Below, one piece after another: positions 24,420-37,189 of a DNA stretch of 64,000 nt (position 1 is its first letter; each line of letters begins with the position of its first letter). The translations under genes and the position numbers were made by a program. The notes under the pieces are model-generated. The model had not been told where the DNA came from. It saw nothing but the letters and a program-made list of their open reading frames with translations, and made no database searches. The DNA is from Patellaria atrata CBS 101060. Lineage: Eukaryota. The stretch is taken from contig MU006115.1 in assembly GCA_010093705.1 (NCBI GenBank), positions 1 through 64,000 of the forward strand. Reading direction: 5' to 3'.

Positions 24420-27400
24420 TGTATCATTCGGTCAATTGTGTTCCGTTTGGTCCTCCGTACGTCAATCAATTTTGTATAATCTGGATATTCTATAGTAACT
24501 TCGATACTCGTATAGCTTATTCTTTAGTCCAACCTGCCCATTTTCTTATAATTAGGGCTTTTGTACATGGTCAAGTCGTTACGAACGGTAAAGTGGGGAT
24601 CGTTTTACATGCAACCGAGTGGGTTTGGCATCTTCTACAATATATATACCAAGTTCAAAGTTGAAGAGGACCAGCTGAAAGTAAAGAACATAAAGCGAAT
24701 ATAAGAAGAGATGAAAATCGGCATGAAGAAAACTGAGAATTTAGTGCTCTTGGGATTGAGCGTCTACCTTGATGAACGAGATAGAGAAATCTAAGCATTC
24801 TTTCCACAGTTTGCAATATACTCACTGAACAGCGATTCCTATGCTCTCCGGTTTGCAGATAACAGTTGCGTCAAGGAATGTTGGTCTCCCATGTTCAGAC
24901 AAACAGCTAGCCGCCGAAAAGAATGTGTAGACTGTGATATATCACACAACTTGCATATGTATAACTTGAAAAATAAGAAAAAGAACGACCCAATAAAGCG
25001 GTGATGTCCGGAGTTCCCTAAAGCTAGAATTGGGCGGCCTGAGGTCATCATCTGACCGTAGAAGGATTGATTCCATTGTCCGGAGTAAGGAAGTAGTGTC
25101 ACTGCCCAACTCATTCCGAGTACTACGTAAGATCGTGTACCTAGGAAACAAAAGGGAACTTGCACGTGGAGAACGATGGAAACCATTGAGATTCCCCTCT
25201 GCTGACGGCTTACGATTTGCTTTGTTACGCGGGTTGGCGACGGGATCATGACGATCCGATCGTTTCGCAATCGCGTCAATCAAACTTGAAGGATAATAGA
25301 GAAATTCTAGGCGTAGAAAGAAACTTACGGTGATGCAAAACGATTTGGGCGCGCAACCTCTCACGACGAATTGTGAGTCATCTGTTTGACGATTGGTCTC
25401 CTGCATGATGTACACTCATCGCACACAACGTCAAAAAACACTCACTATACAAAAACGATTCGTTAATATTGAGACATGTCGCGTACTTGCAGGAATTGTC
25501 GTTTCCTGCCATTGACGAAGTCTAGTTTTGTGAAGGATGGACTTATATCTCCTTAAAGGGTACCTCGTGATGTACTTATGGTCTGGTCGTCGTCGCTACG
25601 CTTTACGTCGGCAAGTCAGATCCCGTCACCGTGTAGCATTACTGCGGGATCCTTGTCCAGCTGAGCAGGATTGGGAAGTGGGATGTAGAGAAGCGTCCAA
25701 GCTTTTTCGCGAATTTTGCGAAATGGAAAATGCAGATAAATTTGGTTTGACCGAGAGGGAAAGGCTCTGAATTGCGTAGGTTACAGTGGTTACTCTCAAC
25801 AGGTTGACGTTGCCTTGAGCTTGCAGAGAGGCGCAGTTGTTGCATACGCGATGCAGGTTCCGAGCCAAACGTTGAACTACAGGGCCCCTTTGAAACGGAC
25901 CATCTCGAAACAAACATGGATAGTAATCGATAAGACCGCTGCTATGGGACAGTCATAGGTAAATCCGGGGTTGAAAGAAACATTCGGATATCTGATTGCA
26001 TTAAGACTGGAAGATGAAATCTCCAATGATGATTCCGACTTCTTTAAGGCTCAGAGATACTTGAAACGAAATATTACTTACCCAGTCTAGATAATTCTTC
26101 ATTCAATTAATCGTCATTTGGGGACTCGAATCGTAAGGAAAGGTTAGATTGTCCGCGGCCGCTACAGGTTGATTGATGAGAATTATGAGCATACGTCCAG
26201 TAGAGATATGCGTGATAATGCCCTAAAAAGGAGATGGTTCTAAATAGAACTAATAATAGATGCGGAAGAAAAGTCTATCCAGACAACACTATGGCGACTC
26301 CGAAGTGATCTCCACTGCATTAAGGTTCGCGGAAGTTGACTGTACCGCCACTCACGACCCAAAAGGGAGTGCACAGCCTCAGGCGTACGCCTCCACGGCC
26401 TCATCCGAAAACATCCCATGACGTCCTACCATGATAGATTTTTCTACCATGAGTGTTTTTGCTGCAGGAATTCGACTTTTTACAGTCATGAGATAAGTGA
26501 GATTCAGGAGGCGCCCCGTTACTTGATATTAGTTTTGCTTATGATCAAGAACAATTCTAGGATGGCGGATTTCTCAGGTTTAGGCCGCCGCCTTCAGTAT
26601 ACCCCATGTCTTTCGGATTTCATTGGTTCAAATTCCTACGACACACTTATAGCTTCATTCAACGAGAGCCTATCGTCCAGCTTTTCAAAGAAGTCCACCA
26701 CCATCCCCCCCGTTCTACTTTGGCAAGAAGAAGAGAGCTCCTTGGAACTAATACGATCCAGCCGGCTACCCGAATTTGTTGCAAATTGTCCTATTCCGGG
26801 AATCAGCGCCGCTTGGTGGGAGTGCGGATCCGGTAGTACGTCGAAAGATTCTCCCAAGTTTTCTGGAATCCAAGTCCCGCACGAGGTGTCGCAAAGCAGC
26901 AGAACAAGATCCTAGTACAACAAGATCATGCCCTAAAGGATATGTCTCTCTGCATGAGCGGGTACGTAAGGTTTAGCTTTGGGGTTAGTCGAATGTTTTG
27001 CGTTTCAAACTTTTGAGGATATGCAAGTCACTCTGGTAGGAAAGCCATCTGAGCAAGCATATTCGACGGCTTCAGCTGCCCCACGGATCGCGCGAAACTT
27101 ATCTTTCTGCAGGAGGTTCCTTTTGGCGCAAGATCACAAGTAAATCGCTTGATATTCATCTCCGCAGTAATATTTGGACGGCGTGAGAGGCACGAAGTAA
27201 TCTCCGTGGGCGAAGAGAGGCTACGAACCACGAAGCGTGGACGGCGTAACACAGGACTTGCAGAGTCGATTGACTTTGCTCGGGCTCAGCTTGGGGCATG
27301 TCAGTCTTGCTGTATGCTGCCTAAGGTATATGCAGGTCGCCAGGTCGCATGCAGGACGAATGCACGATTATAACACAAAGTCGAGGCTGGGTTTTTTTGA

Positions 27401-27749
27401 CTCCTCGGCAAAGGTAGAGGAGACAGAGTAGGGTAGTGTGGCCACACCGCTGGCCTACTCCGATTATTCCAGATCCAACCTGATTTAAAGACCTGATCCC
27501 ACCCCACCCTTAGCCCTTTTCTTACCCTTCACCTTCTCTTCCTCCCACCTCTACAACCTCATTCGCCCATATATCTTCTTCTTCTCAATTAAGGTGTGCG
27601 AACTAATTCCCTCGTTGGGACCACCTTGAGAATCTCTTTTGATCTCTTTTGTCTTGTCTCTTCCTTTGCTCTACTACAACTACTATCTAACTACAACCTC
27701 CCATAATCAATATCCCGCCCTGTTACGCATTCACATTCTCGTCCTCGTC

Positions 27750-28817
27750 ATGCCTATATCACTTCTTCCGGCCTCTGCCGCTGCTTTCGCGCCTCGATCC
27801 GCTCCTACCATAGTCCTGGCATCAAAAGTCGAGCAATGGTTAACACAGACCTTGAAGCGTATCAACCGTATCAAGCGCCCGCTAAACAGTGTTCCTCAAC
27901 ATTACCGATGTCTCACTGAGACTCTCTCCGGTTCAGCCGCTATATGGACGCTGTGCTCCATCATGGTTCCGAAGGCGCCGGATTCAGAGTTACGCAAAGA
28001 CTCCAACCCACTGGTCGAAGCGCTCTTCAACTACCAATTCATTCACATCGAGGCCTACGTCGTACACGTCGACATGGTTTCACAGCATGAAGTGGCATTC
28101 AAGCTCACGCAGGATACCATCGACTCCTTAATCGAATACCACAAGGATATTTACTCGGTAGACGTTTCCGCCAGTACCTGGAATTGGGCCGAGAAAGAGG
28201 TGCAGTTGAAGAAGCTCCAAGAAGAATTCGTCCAAGCAGTTAATCGTTATGTTTTCCGCACTGGTGTTCGTGCACTTGAGGGTCTTGAGGAAGATGGCGC
28301 CGGCGAGCTTCTTGACGGGAGAAGCGAGGACGTGAAGAACGCCGTTATGGGATTGTTCCTTCCGTTGCTTCCTCCTCCACCAAGGATCGTCGATGTTGTA
28401 CGTCCAACTCCACAGGTCCTTAGCAGCTCTCCGGGCGCAGGTAACTGGTGGCAACCGACACCAACATTGCCCTCCACGCATCCTGCTCCTGTTGACTCGT
28501 GGAGAGTTGTGCCGTCGACCCCTAGCCCGACCGCAACTACTGTCACCACATGCAGCGACACCCAATCTTCTTTCTGGAATACCTTGGGCCTTAATGACAT
28601 TCAACAACTTCCTTCGCCGACGCCATCCTTCAGTCAACCGGCGTATTGCACGTCGAGTCAGTATTACAGTCCACCAATGGCCACTGCACCAATGCCCTCC
28701 CTTCCTCTACCGAGCATGCTTGCTTCGCAATGCGGTTCGAGTTTTATGAATGGCGGCTTCGGTGGCTTCGGTTGGAGCTACAATGACTTCGCCCCTCAAT
28801 ATGCTACGACAATATAG
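27750..28817 (+). CDS. Conserved fungal protein of unknown function (globular N-terminal domain, Pro/Ser-rich tail)
   Basis: Long intronless ORF with coding-like codon usage, starting MPISLLPASAAAFAPRS; a CT-rich leader lies upstream. Confidence 0.85.
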   Translation: MPISLLPASAAAFAPRSAPTIVLASKVEQWLTQTLKRINRIKRPLNSVPQHYRCLTETLSGSAAIWTLCSIMVPKAPDSELRKDSNPLVEALFNYQFIHIEAYVVHVDMVSQHEVAFKLTQDTIDSLIEYHKDIYSVDVSASTWNWAEKEVQLKKLQEEFVQAVNRYVFRTGVRALEGLEEDGAGELLDGRSEDVKNAVMGLFLPLLPPPPRIVDVVRPTPQVLSSSPGAGNWWQPTPTLPSTHPAPVDSWRVVPSTPSPTATTVTTCSDTQSSFWNTLGLNDIQQLPSPTPSFSQPAYCTSSQYYSPPMATAPMPSLPLPSMLASQCGSSFMNGGFGGFGWSYNDFAPQYATTI

Positions 28818-30171
28818 CAATCATTGACTAAGGATTCCGACAGCGACCGCGAATGAAGTTGGCGAATTGGCCCATCTCCACTTCTTTTAATCTTCTCCGG
28901 TGCAGAGTAATTGCGCAAAACTTTGCAACGACCGAAACGAGACGAGAAATGCGATGTTGTATGAAATGATGTCTTAAACATCATAACCATCATGGGCGGC
29001 GTTATTCTCCAATTAGCGACAGGATTCAGGTTATTTTCTTTCTTGTGAACATTTCTTTTGATATCCAATTTTTCTTTTGTCCTGTCTTGTTTAGCGAGCG
29101 AGCGTTTGATTTTTGTCGATTTTTTGAGCATACACCGGCCGGACCAGGCTTTTCCTATCTTTTGTGCATCTCTGGGAGGACAGCATGTCACGCATTTCAA
29201 GACGGGAACGGCCTCACGGCTATGGATGGCGGGTACACTCGGTTTCCTTTTCGATCGTTCGGACGTCGGTTTTACGGGCACGGATCGGGTGGCATGCCAC
29301 TCTCCTGTCACTGACACCGTCTGTTTTGTCTACCCACTGGTATTGAGTACCAGCAGGCAACGGGAGGCGCGATCACAAAAGTACTATCACATCTGCGATG
29401 TTGATATACTGTGCTTCCACGTTGCGAGGCTTCTCTGGATTCTGAGGGACGAGTTGACGATCTTTGCAACTCCAGCGCCCGTGGCGTGTAGTTTCTTGGA
29501 GGGAGAATTTCCTCTGCATGCAGAGGAATCTTCCCCTGATAGATCGTTGCTCACCTACTAGATTTCCATTGCGAATCGCACGTGGCTGGTAGGCTCATCT
29601 CTACCGCTCCATGACTGGCGCTGGAGCAAGCTCCTCTCTACTGAGGCAGAATCTGATGCAGGACACGAAGCTGAGCTTCAACTACAACATAGTAAATCTA
29701 ATAAACAATTGAAAGTCCTGAACAACCAAGTTTTCTCAGATATGCGTTGTGATTCATCGTCGTGTGTATAGAGATGTTCTTGCTATTGTAACTTGAGGTG
29801 TAAGGTGTAGAGGGTTATTGGGACGGAGGAGTGGAGGAGATGAGAATGATGAGATTCCTGCTGTCCGAGCGGCTCATGAGGCGGATGAGGATGAGGTGGT
29901 GCCATGGTGGTCCAGACCCCCGGGTGGTTCCCCCTCGACCTTCGGGCTGACCTGCCATGATTTGCTTCTTTATCCGTAACGAGGCGTTATGGCAACCACC
30001 AAGGGCACCTTCAACAAAGCGACATGCTCTCTGTCGCAACCATGCCCAAGATCCTTCATACCTTTATGCCGAAAACATCCAAACTGGTCTATCTCCCTTC
30101 GCGCTATTGCCATCTGATCAGATGTGAGCCTCAAAGGTAGTATTGCTTACCGTCCTGACTCAATCGTGGAA

Positions 30172-32326
30172 ATGCCGCCTGCGAACTCACCGACAAATGA
30201 CTCCAGCCCCTCCATGCAGGCCACCGCACTTGCACATGTGAGTGAATCTTTTGTTGATATGCGCCACTTCATAGATAATCTTCCTCTCAGTATCCTCATT
30301 CAGCTAACATATTCTCGAGATGCAGCCTTTGTCAGGTCCTGCCACCGACCCAAGACAGTATTCAACGCGCTCTCCACTCTCTCAACTAGACAGCCTTGCC
30401 GCCGGCTATGGTCTGGCTGCCACGCTGAATGACGAATATTCAGATTCCCGTAGGACTAGGGTTGACCCTCAGGATGAATGGCGAGCACAGAATGCCGCAG
30501 CAGCGGAGGAAAATTCAAGGCAGCGACAGCAGGAGCGAACGACGGCACAGATAGAGCAAGATAGGTTTCGATTACAGAGAGTATTGAGTAGGTTGTCTCA
30601 GTTGCATGACCTTGCGTATGGTGACAGAATACCCGCTCAAAATTCACTTTATGACTGGTCACCAAGTCACGGCACGGAGGGGGATGATGAGGAGGAACTA
30701 CAAGAAATCATTCACGAACTTCGTCAACAACAACCAAACACCCACCCAGAAATATTGCGCGCTGTGGGAAGAAGTCAACTAGACGCCGAGAGAGAACAAC
30801 GGAGTCGACCATACTCATCAAGATACCATTCCAACCAGTCCACACAAGCTTCCGAATCATCCTTGAGGTCCGCAGCGATATTACAATCAGTCAGAAGACA
30901 TCCACTATTCACAGCCCGCGAACGAGAGCATATCCAACGTTATATGATGGATAACCGTCACTTAACAGATAGGGAGCGATCCGGACGCGAGGCAGAAGAG
31001 AGAGATCGTAGGAACCACGGAACAACCGACCCCCATCGCTATGAGCAGACACGGTTCGCATGGCAAAGTCAAAGGTCTGGAGAAGCGCATAATAACAGGG
31101 ATCGTGAGGCCAGAACCCGAATGGAAGCCAGACAAGTTTCCGGAAATGAAGCACGGAATCGGTCGGATTCATACCGTCGAGGACACGCGGAGACCACCGG
31201 TACTTTTGTCTCTCCCAGACTCGAGCAAACTATCAAATACCTCTCGAAACTAAGATCGTCGCATTCCTACGATGATAGCCTCTCCTACGCTGTAGACGCT
31301 GGATTTCTGAACAAAGAATTCTTTGGTGATAACCATGAGGACTTTGTGTTAGACCCCAATGTCCTCCCACGGCCTACACGGACTTCGTGGCTTGTACCTG
31401 GCGCCGTTTTCTCTGGCTCCCAACATGCAACAACTCCTCTACCTCCGGTATCCTCAAATTCGACCTCCACCCCTGGCACAACTCTCTACCGATTCCGAAA
31501 TAACGATACTCTAACATCTACTACCTTCGACACATCAAGACCATGGGTCAGTTACAGCCCAAACTCATGGTATAACCAGGGACAGTCTAGCCGTCGCTTT
31601 CCGAGCTATGCAAACCTCTCTTCTCAATCCTACCAAGATACTTGGCCGGTCAAAGTCACCATCCACGCGGTTGACTTCGAGTCTATGACTTTATCCGCAA
31701 CCATGGAAGCTTATGATGTGCCCTCCCATCCGCCAAACTACGCCGGGATCCTGCAAAATGCAAACACCGCAACTTCATTATCAACAGCTTCATCACCCTT
31801 TTCACAGTCTTCTAGAAGCTCACAGTCTCCTGCTTTGCAGACTGCGCAATCCATATCTGCCCAGCGGACCTCCAGCATAACGACCTACCTCGAAGGCGAA
31901 ATCCTCGATTTCAGCACCTACACCCTACAAACCGAGAGTTTCAAATCCACCCCGCTAAATGATGCGACATACTGGCGCAAGCTTCTCCCCTTCGCGCACC
32001 TCAGTGACGAAGATCTCGTTCGCGCTCTCCTCTCCACCCGCTTCCTGCACCAGCTCGGTCAGAAGTGGATCCTGATGCGGTGGAAGGAGCGCTGTTTTGT
32101 CAAGCCCCAACGTTCACACAACACTAGCGGTAGCGTGTGGAATGATCAGGAAGAGATGGCGAGTGAAGGGTGTGGACTCACGATTAGTGGGTTTTATTAT
32201 GTGTGTTTGAGGAGGGAGGATGGGATGATTGAGGGACTCTATTATGATCCACAGAGTAGTCCATATCAGCATTTGAGGTTGGGACGGGTAGCTAGGGGCT
32301 TGTTTCCGGCGTTTGAGTTTAGGTAG
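30172..32326 (+). CDS. Vid24/Gid4-family (GID E3 ligase substrate receptor) domain protein with long N-terminal extension; intron 30238-30325
   Basis: C-terminal WPVKVTIHAVD...ITTYLEGEILDF...WILMRWKERCF...LTISGFYYVCLRREDGMIEGLYYDPQSSPYQHLRL. GTGAGT...CTAAC...CAG intron joins ATG 30172 in frame. Confidence 0.88.
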
Positions 32327-34300
32327 ATAGAGCTGGTTCGGGTTGGACAAGGACATCAAGGAGCAGGGTTTGAGATGGGAGGCTACTTTGCCCGACAGGA
32401 GGAGTGTATATACTTGGTCGAGCAGCCCCGTAGCGGGTAGGGTCGCGGGAAGGTTGCATTGTTCAGGCGTTCTCATGGGATAGGGAGTGCTTGGGATTAC
32501 CTGGATATCACTTCTGGATGGATCAACAGGCAGCGCATAGGAGCATCATCATCATGAGCGGTATTTGTTTAACAATAGAGCGCTATCCGGCTCAATGAGC
32601 TGTCGAGGCTCTTGAATGGATTACTCATCTACCTACCTTTACTATTCTATAGAACTGCGATATCCGCAGTATAAATCCAACATTGTCCTTTATATCACTT
32701 GGAGTCTCGTTCTCTTCATTCAATCACGACCATTTGATGGTCTGTGTCCTACCAGTTTAACCTTAACCTCACCACACCTCACCGTTCCAACCTTCTTCAA
32801 ATATCTCTCGGGCCCAAATTCAGTTGTCGCTAATATGGTCTTGTCATTTGAAACTATTTCTGTCTTTGTTCATCTATGTAGGGCGCTATTACACACCGAA
32901 CATCCTTTACCCCCTCCCTTCTGGTTGTCCGTCCAGAGTCTAAAGATGTTGAATTACTCATTAGCTCCCAGAGCTAGTTTAGACCATCTTTTTTTCTCTA
33001 TGAGTTATGGACCAATTTTAGTGTAGACTTATATTCGATACTCGAGGATCGAGGTAATAAACGTGCGAGTTTAGGCGAAACCGTAAATCTGTTCCATACC
33101 TAGGTCATTCGATCGTCGGCCTTGAGGAGGGGATCTCTCTCCACAGTACGCCGGGCAGAATGTGTCTGCTGTGCGAGTTGACTGGACTGTATAAGAGTAC
33201 TGCAGTTTACGGACATTAACTGGTTTCATTGGAGGTCCCAGCTGTACTGTACAACGGACTCAACCCCTATAGCGATGACCGTACCAAAACGTTCCAATGT
33301 ACAAGAGGTTCAATTACAGAAGTGAACCATGATAGATGATATTCAGGCCATATAAGGGGCTCGAGCAGGTCCCGTCAGTTTAGTTATGCTCCTGTCGATG
33401 GGATTGATGAGACTATTATCAATCCTTAATGGCGGTATATCGGTTTGCTATCACGACTTCCTTTTATTCTATGTTTCATCTCTATCTCTCTCATTTCCCT
33501 TTACTGGCAAGGGATGGGGTCTGGCACTCTGGTCATGAATGTCCCATTATCTTGCGGAATACTATCTAGGAGTGACTATGTTACTGTGAACGTCGCGGGT
33601 TTTTCCTTGTTGGATGAGTACTTCACGATGTGATAGGTTATTCGATCTCTTTCTTTATTGTGATATTCCCCGCCTACTTCGTACTGGATCTTTACCGAAA
33701 CCTTACTCTAAAATAGCGAATCCCGAGTACTACCCAACGTCTACTGTCTGTATGATCAATTTCCAGGTGTGGTTAAGCGTCATTCGTAAGTTTCAACTTT
33801 CCTATGCTGGAAAAGGTGGAGTCAGGTTGAGAGTAAGTAGAAAATAGCGAGGAGTGTCACAGCCGGTGAATGAATGGATAGTTTACTGTACGTTTGTTGT
33901 GGATTCTTATCAATTATCACTTGCAATTAGAGTGCATGATCTTGTTAAATGGAAGGTAAGTGAGCCCCTGTTTAGTCACAACTCCACGGAGAATTCATGA
34001 GGCGTTTGTGTTTTCAAACGTGATTCTTTCTCAAACACAACTCTCTTCCAAAAGTAACTCTTCTTAAAGGAGCTCTTCCTTTAAAAGCTCCTCTCTTTTT
34101 CGCTCACTCCAACACATATTTCTGACGCCTACAACTTGATTTATCCTGTTGCAGCCAAAGCACCATCAATTTGTATTGTTTTCCTTGACGCTTTACACTA
34201 TTGAATAAGACTATGCTGACAATTTAGTTTAGCTACGCCGCGACCTCTATTTCTTCTACTTCAAGGTCACATCCAGTTGTCACATAAAGTAGAAGCAGAT

Positions 34301-34807
34301 ATGGAATATTTCGGCACCGTAGCCAACGCAAAGAAGGAATGGCAGTTAGGCCCATCCCTTCCTGCGCAAACTCCGGCGTTCAAGGGCCTCTTTCAATGGG
34401 CTCGTTTCAAGGTCATTAACATCTTCGAGCTCGCAAGGTGCGCAGGCTGCTCCGATGACGGCCTGAGGTGTGAAATTACATCGGGTACCTTGTACACTAA
34501 GAAGGGAGCTGAACCCGGATATAATACGGAGTTTTACTTGCTTCCAGAGTCACACCATAATCAGCTAGTAGCGCTTCGTCTTAAAGCAAATGAAATTTGC
34601 GAAGACAAACCATCCAAACAAGCGCCTTGGGTATCGAAATATAGGAAGGACTATATGGAATATGTTGCTCTGACCAATTGCAACTTGGGTGCAGTTGCAT
34701 TTGCGGAAGTTGCAGAGATGGGAGCAAATCGATCCCGAGATTTATACCGACATGAAGACAAGAAGTCGGTGAATACATCCGAAAAGGGAGCGATTCTTTT
34801 CTCCTGA
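34301..34807 (+). CDS. Orphan protein of about 168 aa, copy 1 of a local tandem duplication
   Basis: Aligns at protein level with 35492-35929 (FKV.NI.ELA.CAGC.D, LVALRLKA..IC.D, WV.KY..DY..Y, FAE.A). Confidence 0.6.
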   Translation: MEYFGTVANAKKEWQLGPSLPAQTPAFKGLFQWARFKVINIFELARCAGCSDDGLRCEITSGTLYTKKGAEPGYNTEFYLLPESHHNQLVALRLKANEICEDKPSKQAPWVSKYRKDYMEYVALTNCNLGAVAFAEVAEMGANRSRDLYRHEDKKSVNTSEKGAILFS

Positions 34808-35491
34808 TTGTAAGTCTCCTAGTTTTTATATGGTTGATTCTTGAAATACTCGGACTGACTCAGATTTTATACCCACAGTCACACATCCGGGCTCCCTAGT
34901 CAGTACCTACGACATATTCTACACGGTGGAATGGAAAAGTATGGTCTAGTTTCTATTATAGCGGCCTCTTTATCCTACAAAAAATGATAATGGTCAGATA
35001 ACTAACTACCTTGCTGTTCTCAAAATGGAAGTCCTTGCACCATTGACTTGTGATGAATGATGCCACTCCGATGTCAATGTCACCTAAGAGCGTTCCCTTA
35101 TCACCTCCTTTGTTAATGATCGCAATTTTTTCCCAAACACATCTCTTTTCCCCAACACGACTCTTCTAGAATACGGCTCGTTTTCACAAACTGGTCTTTC
35201 CAAACTTCTCCACTCTCTTTATTAAAGAGGTTTCTTTTTCAGAAGGTTTTAGAAAATACAGTGCTTTCATCAAGCACAATTTTATATTCAAGCATGGGGT
35301 TTTATCAAACATGGCTTTCTATCAAACATAGCTTGTTCTACATATGGCTTCTATTTAAACACTGCTCTTCTCACGCATTATCCATTACTAAAACACAGTT
35401 CTATCATATCTGCGACTGATCGACCCCTTCCCGCCCACACCAGTACATTGTAACTGCAACCTCCTCATTCAAAGCCACCTATCAAGTTTAG

Positions 35492-35929
35492 TATATCACC
35501 AGAAGCAGACATGGCCGCATTTGGACAGAAAAGGACCTAACGCTTCCTCCGGAACCTCTACCCTCTAAAAGCCGCTTTCCATGGCGTAAATTCAAAGTCG
35601 AAAATATCCTCGAACTTGCAGCCTGCGCAGGCTGCTGCGATGAGCAGCTGAGCGGGGAGCTGAACACAGCCAGTCTATACGTGGAAAGACATCCATCAAG
35701 ACAGTTTAAAGAAGCAGGGTTTATACTGGTTACAGAGTCGCAGCGTGAGCGACTCGTAGCACTTCGACTTAAAGCGATAGGCATCTGTAAGGACAACGTA
35801 GACAAACACCCGCAGTGGGTCGAAAAGTATGCGAGAGATTACGCGAAATATATTGTTGAGACTGGGATCGATATCGGTATTGTGGTATTTGCGGAGATTG
35901 CGCAGGTTGAGGCACACCGCAGAGACTGA
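35492..35929 (+). pseudogene. Paralog (copy 2) of the 34301 ORF with its ATG out of frame
   Basis: Homologous start context AGAAGCAGAyATG at 35501-35513, but that frame stops after MAAFGQKRT. The homologous body is in another frame, open 35492-35929. Confidence 0.55.
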
Positions 35930-36209
35930 ATGGACAGGAGAGAATTGTAGATATCGTTTATAGACACTAATTCGATGGGAGGGAAGTATGGGTCAGTTTC
36001 CATCCACAGAGACTTACTTCATAGAACAGATGACAGTGATAAAATGACTGCGCACCTTCCGGCTCATACCACCGTCCTACCCAGTTGATACGTGACTGAA
36101 GATCCAACGTCGCTCCACTCCTATCACTCATCCTCTCCCATCCTTCCCCCACCACCCATTCTCATATCACCCTTTAACCCCTCTCCTCCAATTCACTACC
36201 CTATCCCCT

Positions 36210-36404
36210 TTATACCATTCCCGACTCACATACTCTGCACTCACAAGGCGCCAGATCGTACCACATAAGAAAAGAATCCCGTCCACATATTCTACAGCCA
36301 GCCTCACCACTCACCGCACTTGCGAAAACCAGGTCACAAAGGACCTCCCAGTTGAGCGACCAATATTGCTGTCTAGCATTGCGTACAGTACTCACTTCAA
36401 ACAT
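36210..36404 (-). CDS. Candidate 64-aa Cys-containing microprotein
   Basis: ORF with CxxC and CxCxxC, preceded by a C/A- and pyrimidine-rich leader and followed by a G-rich trailer like those of real genes in this window. Confidence 0.4.
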   Translation of the reverse strand: MFEVSTVRNARQQYWSLNWEVLCDLVFASAVSGEAGCRICGRDSFLMWYDLAPCECRVCESGMV

Positions 36405-37189
36405 GTCTTCTTGCCTGGTTGTAGGAAAAGAGACGAGGTGAGAAGAGGTTCTGTTTGTGTGGTTGGCTTGGGTGTGAATGTGTGAAAGGGGTGGGTGAGC
36501 AGTTTGGGGCCGTGCGGCGCATGGGGAGAATATAAAAGGGGAGGAGATGCCAAAACACTGGGTTATTGTTAGTTTTGATAATAATGCGTATCTTCTAGCT
36601 AGGACTACACTTGGCTACTGCACAAGTAGAATGCGATTCGAAAATGCGCAAGGCAGTGAGTAGGTAACCGTACATGAGATGATAGGAAACCGAACGAATC
36701 TCTCTTTATTAAGCCTAACTGCGGTATCAGATCATGCCTCTTATGAGCATCGCCGAGTGGAATGCACTGCTCACTTTCTTGATCTAAACAATTGACGAGT
36801 ATAAGAGCTTTTATTCTGTGATATCCACTCTCAGAAACATCACTGTAGAATCTTCTCGGAGGTAGACTGTGAATATAGGCAATGACCCTCCTATATCGTA
36901 CACTGGAAAAAAAAAGCACCCCACCACCTTACTGCCACAAACACAACCATAAATTCAACATAAAACACAAAGGAAACATAAAAAAAAGGGTAGTAAAAAG
37001 TAAAAAAGCATGGAATAGGAAAGAAGAAAAAAAACAGTTCCGATACCCGAAGGTATCGTACCTCTGCTTCCCTAGGTCGGTGTCCGTATTGGTACTTTTC
37101 ACCGGGGGAGATATTTCTCACCGCTACGCCATCCGTCACTAGGTATGACATTGACTGCCCAGTTTTGCGTTAATAACTTCTCAAAAGTC

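Noticed and set aside
25905..26339. A-to-I editing-rescued (UAG to UGG) gene
   Set aside because: Several stops including a TAA, plus upstream frame breaks, fit decay better, and no RNA data are available.
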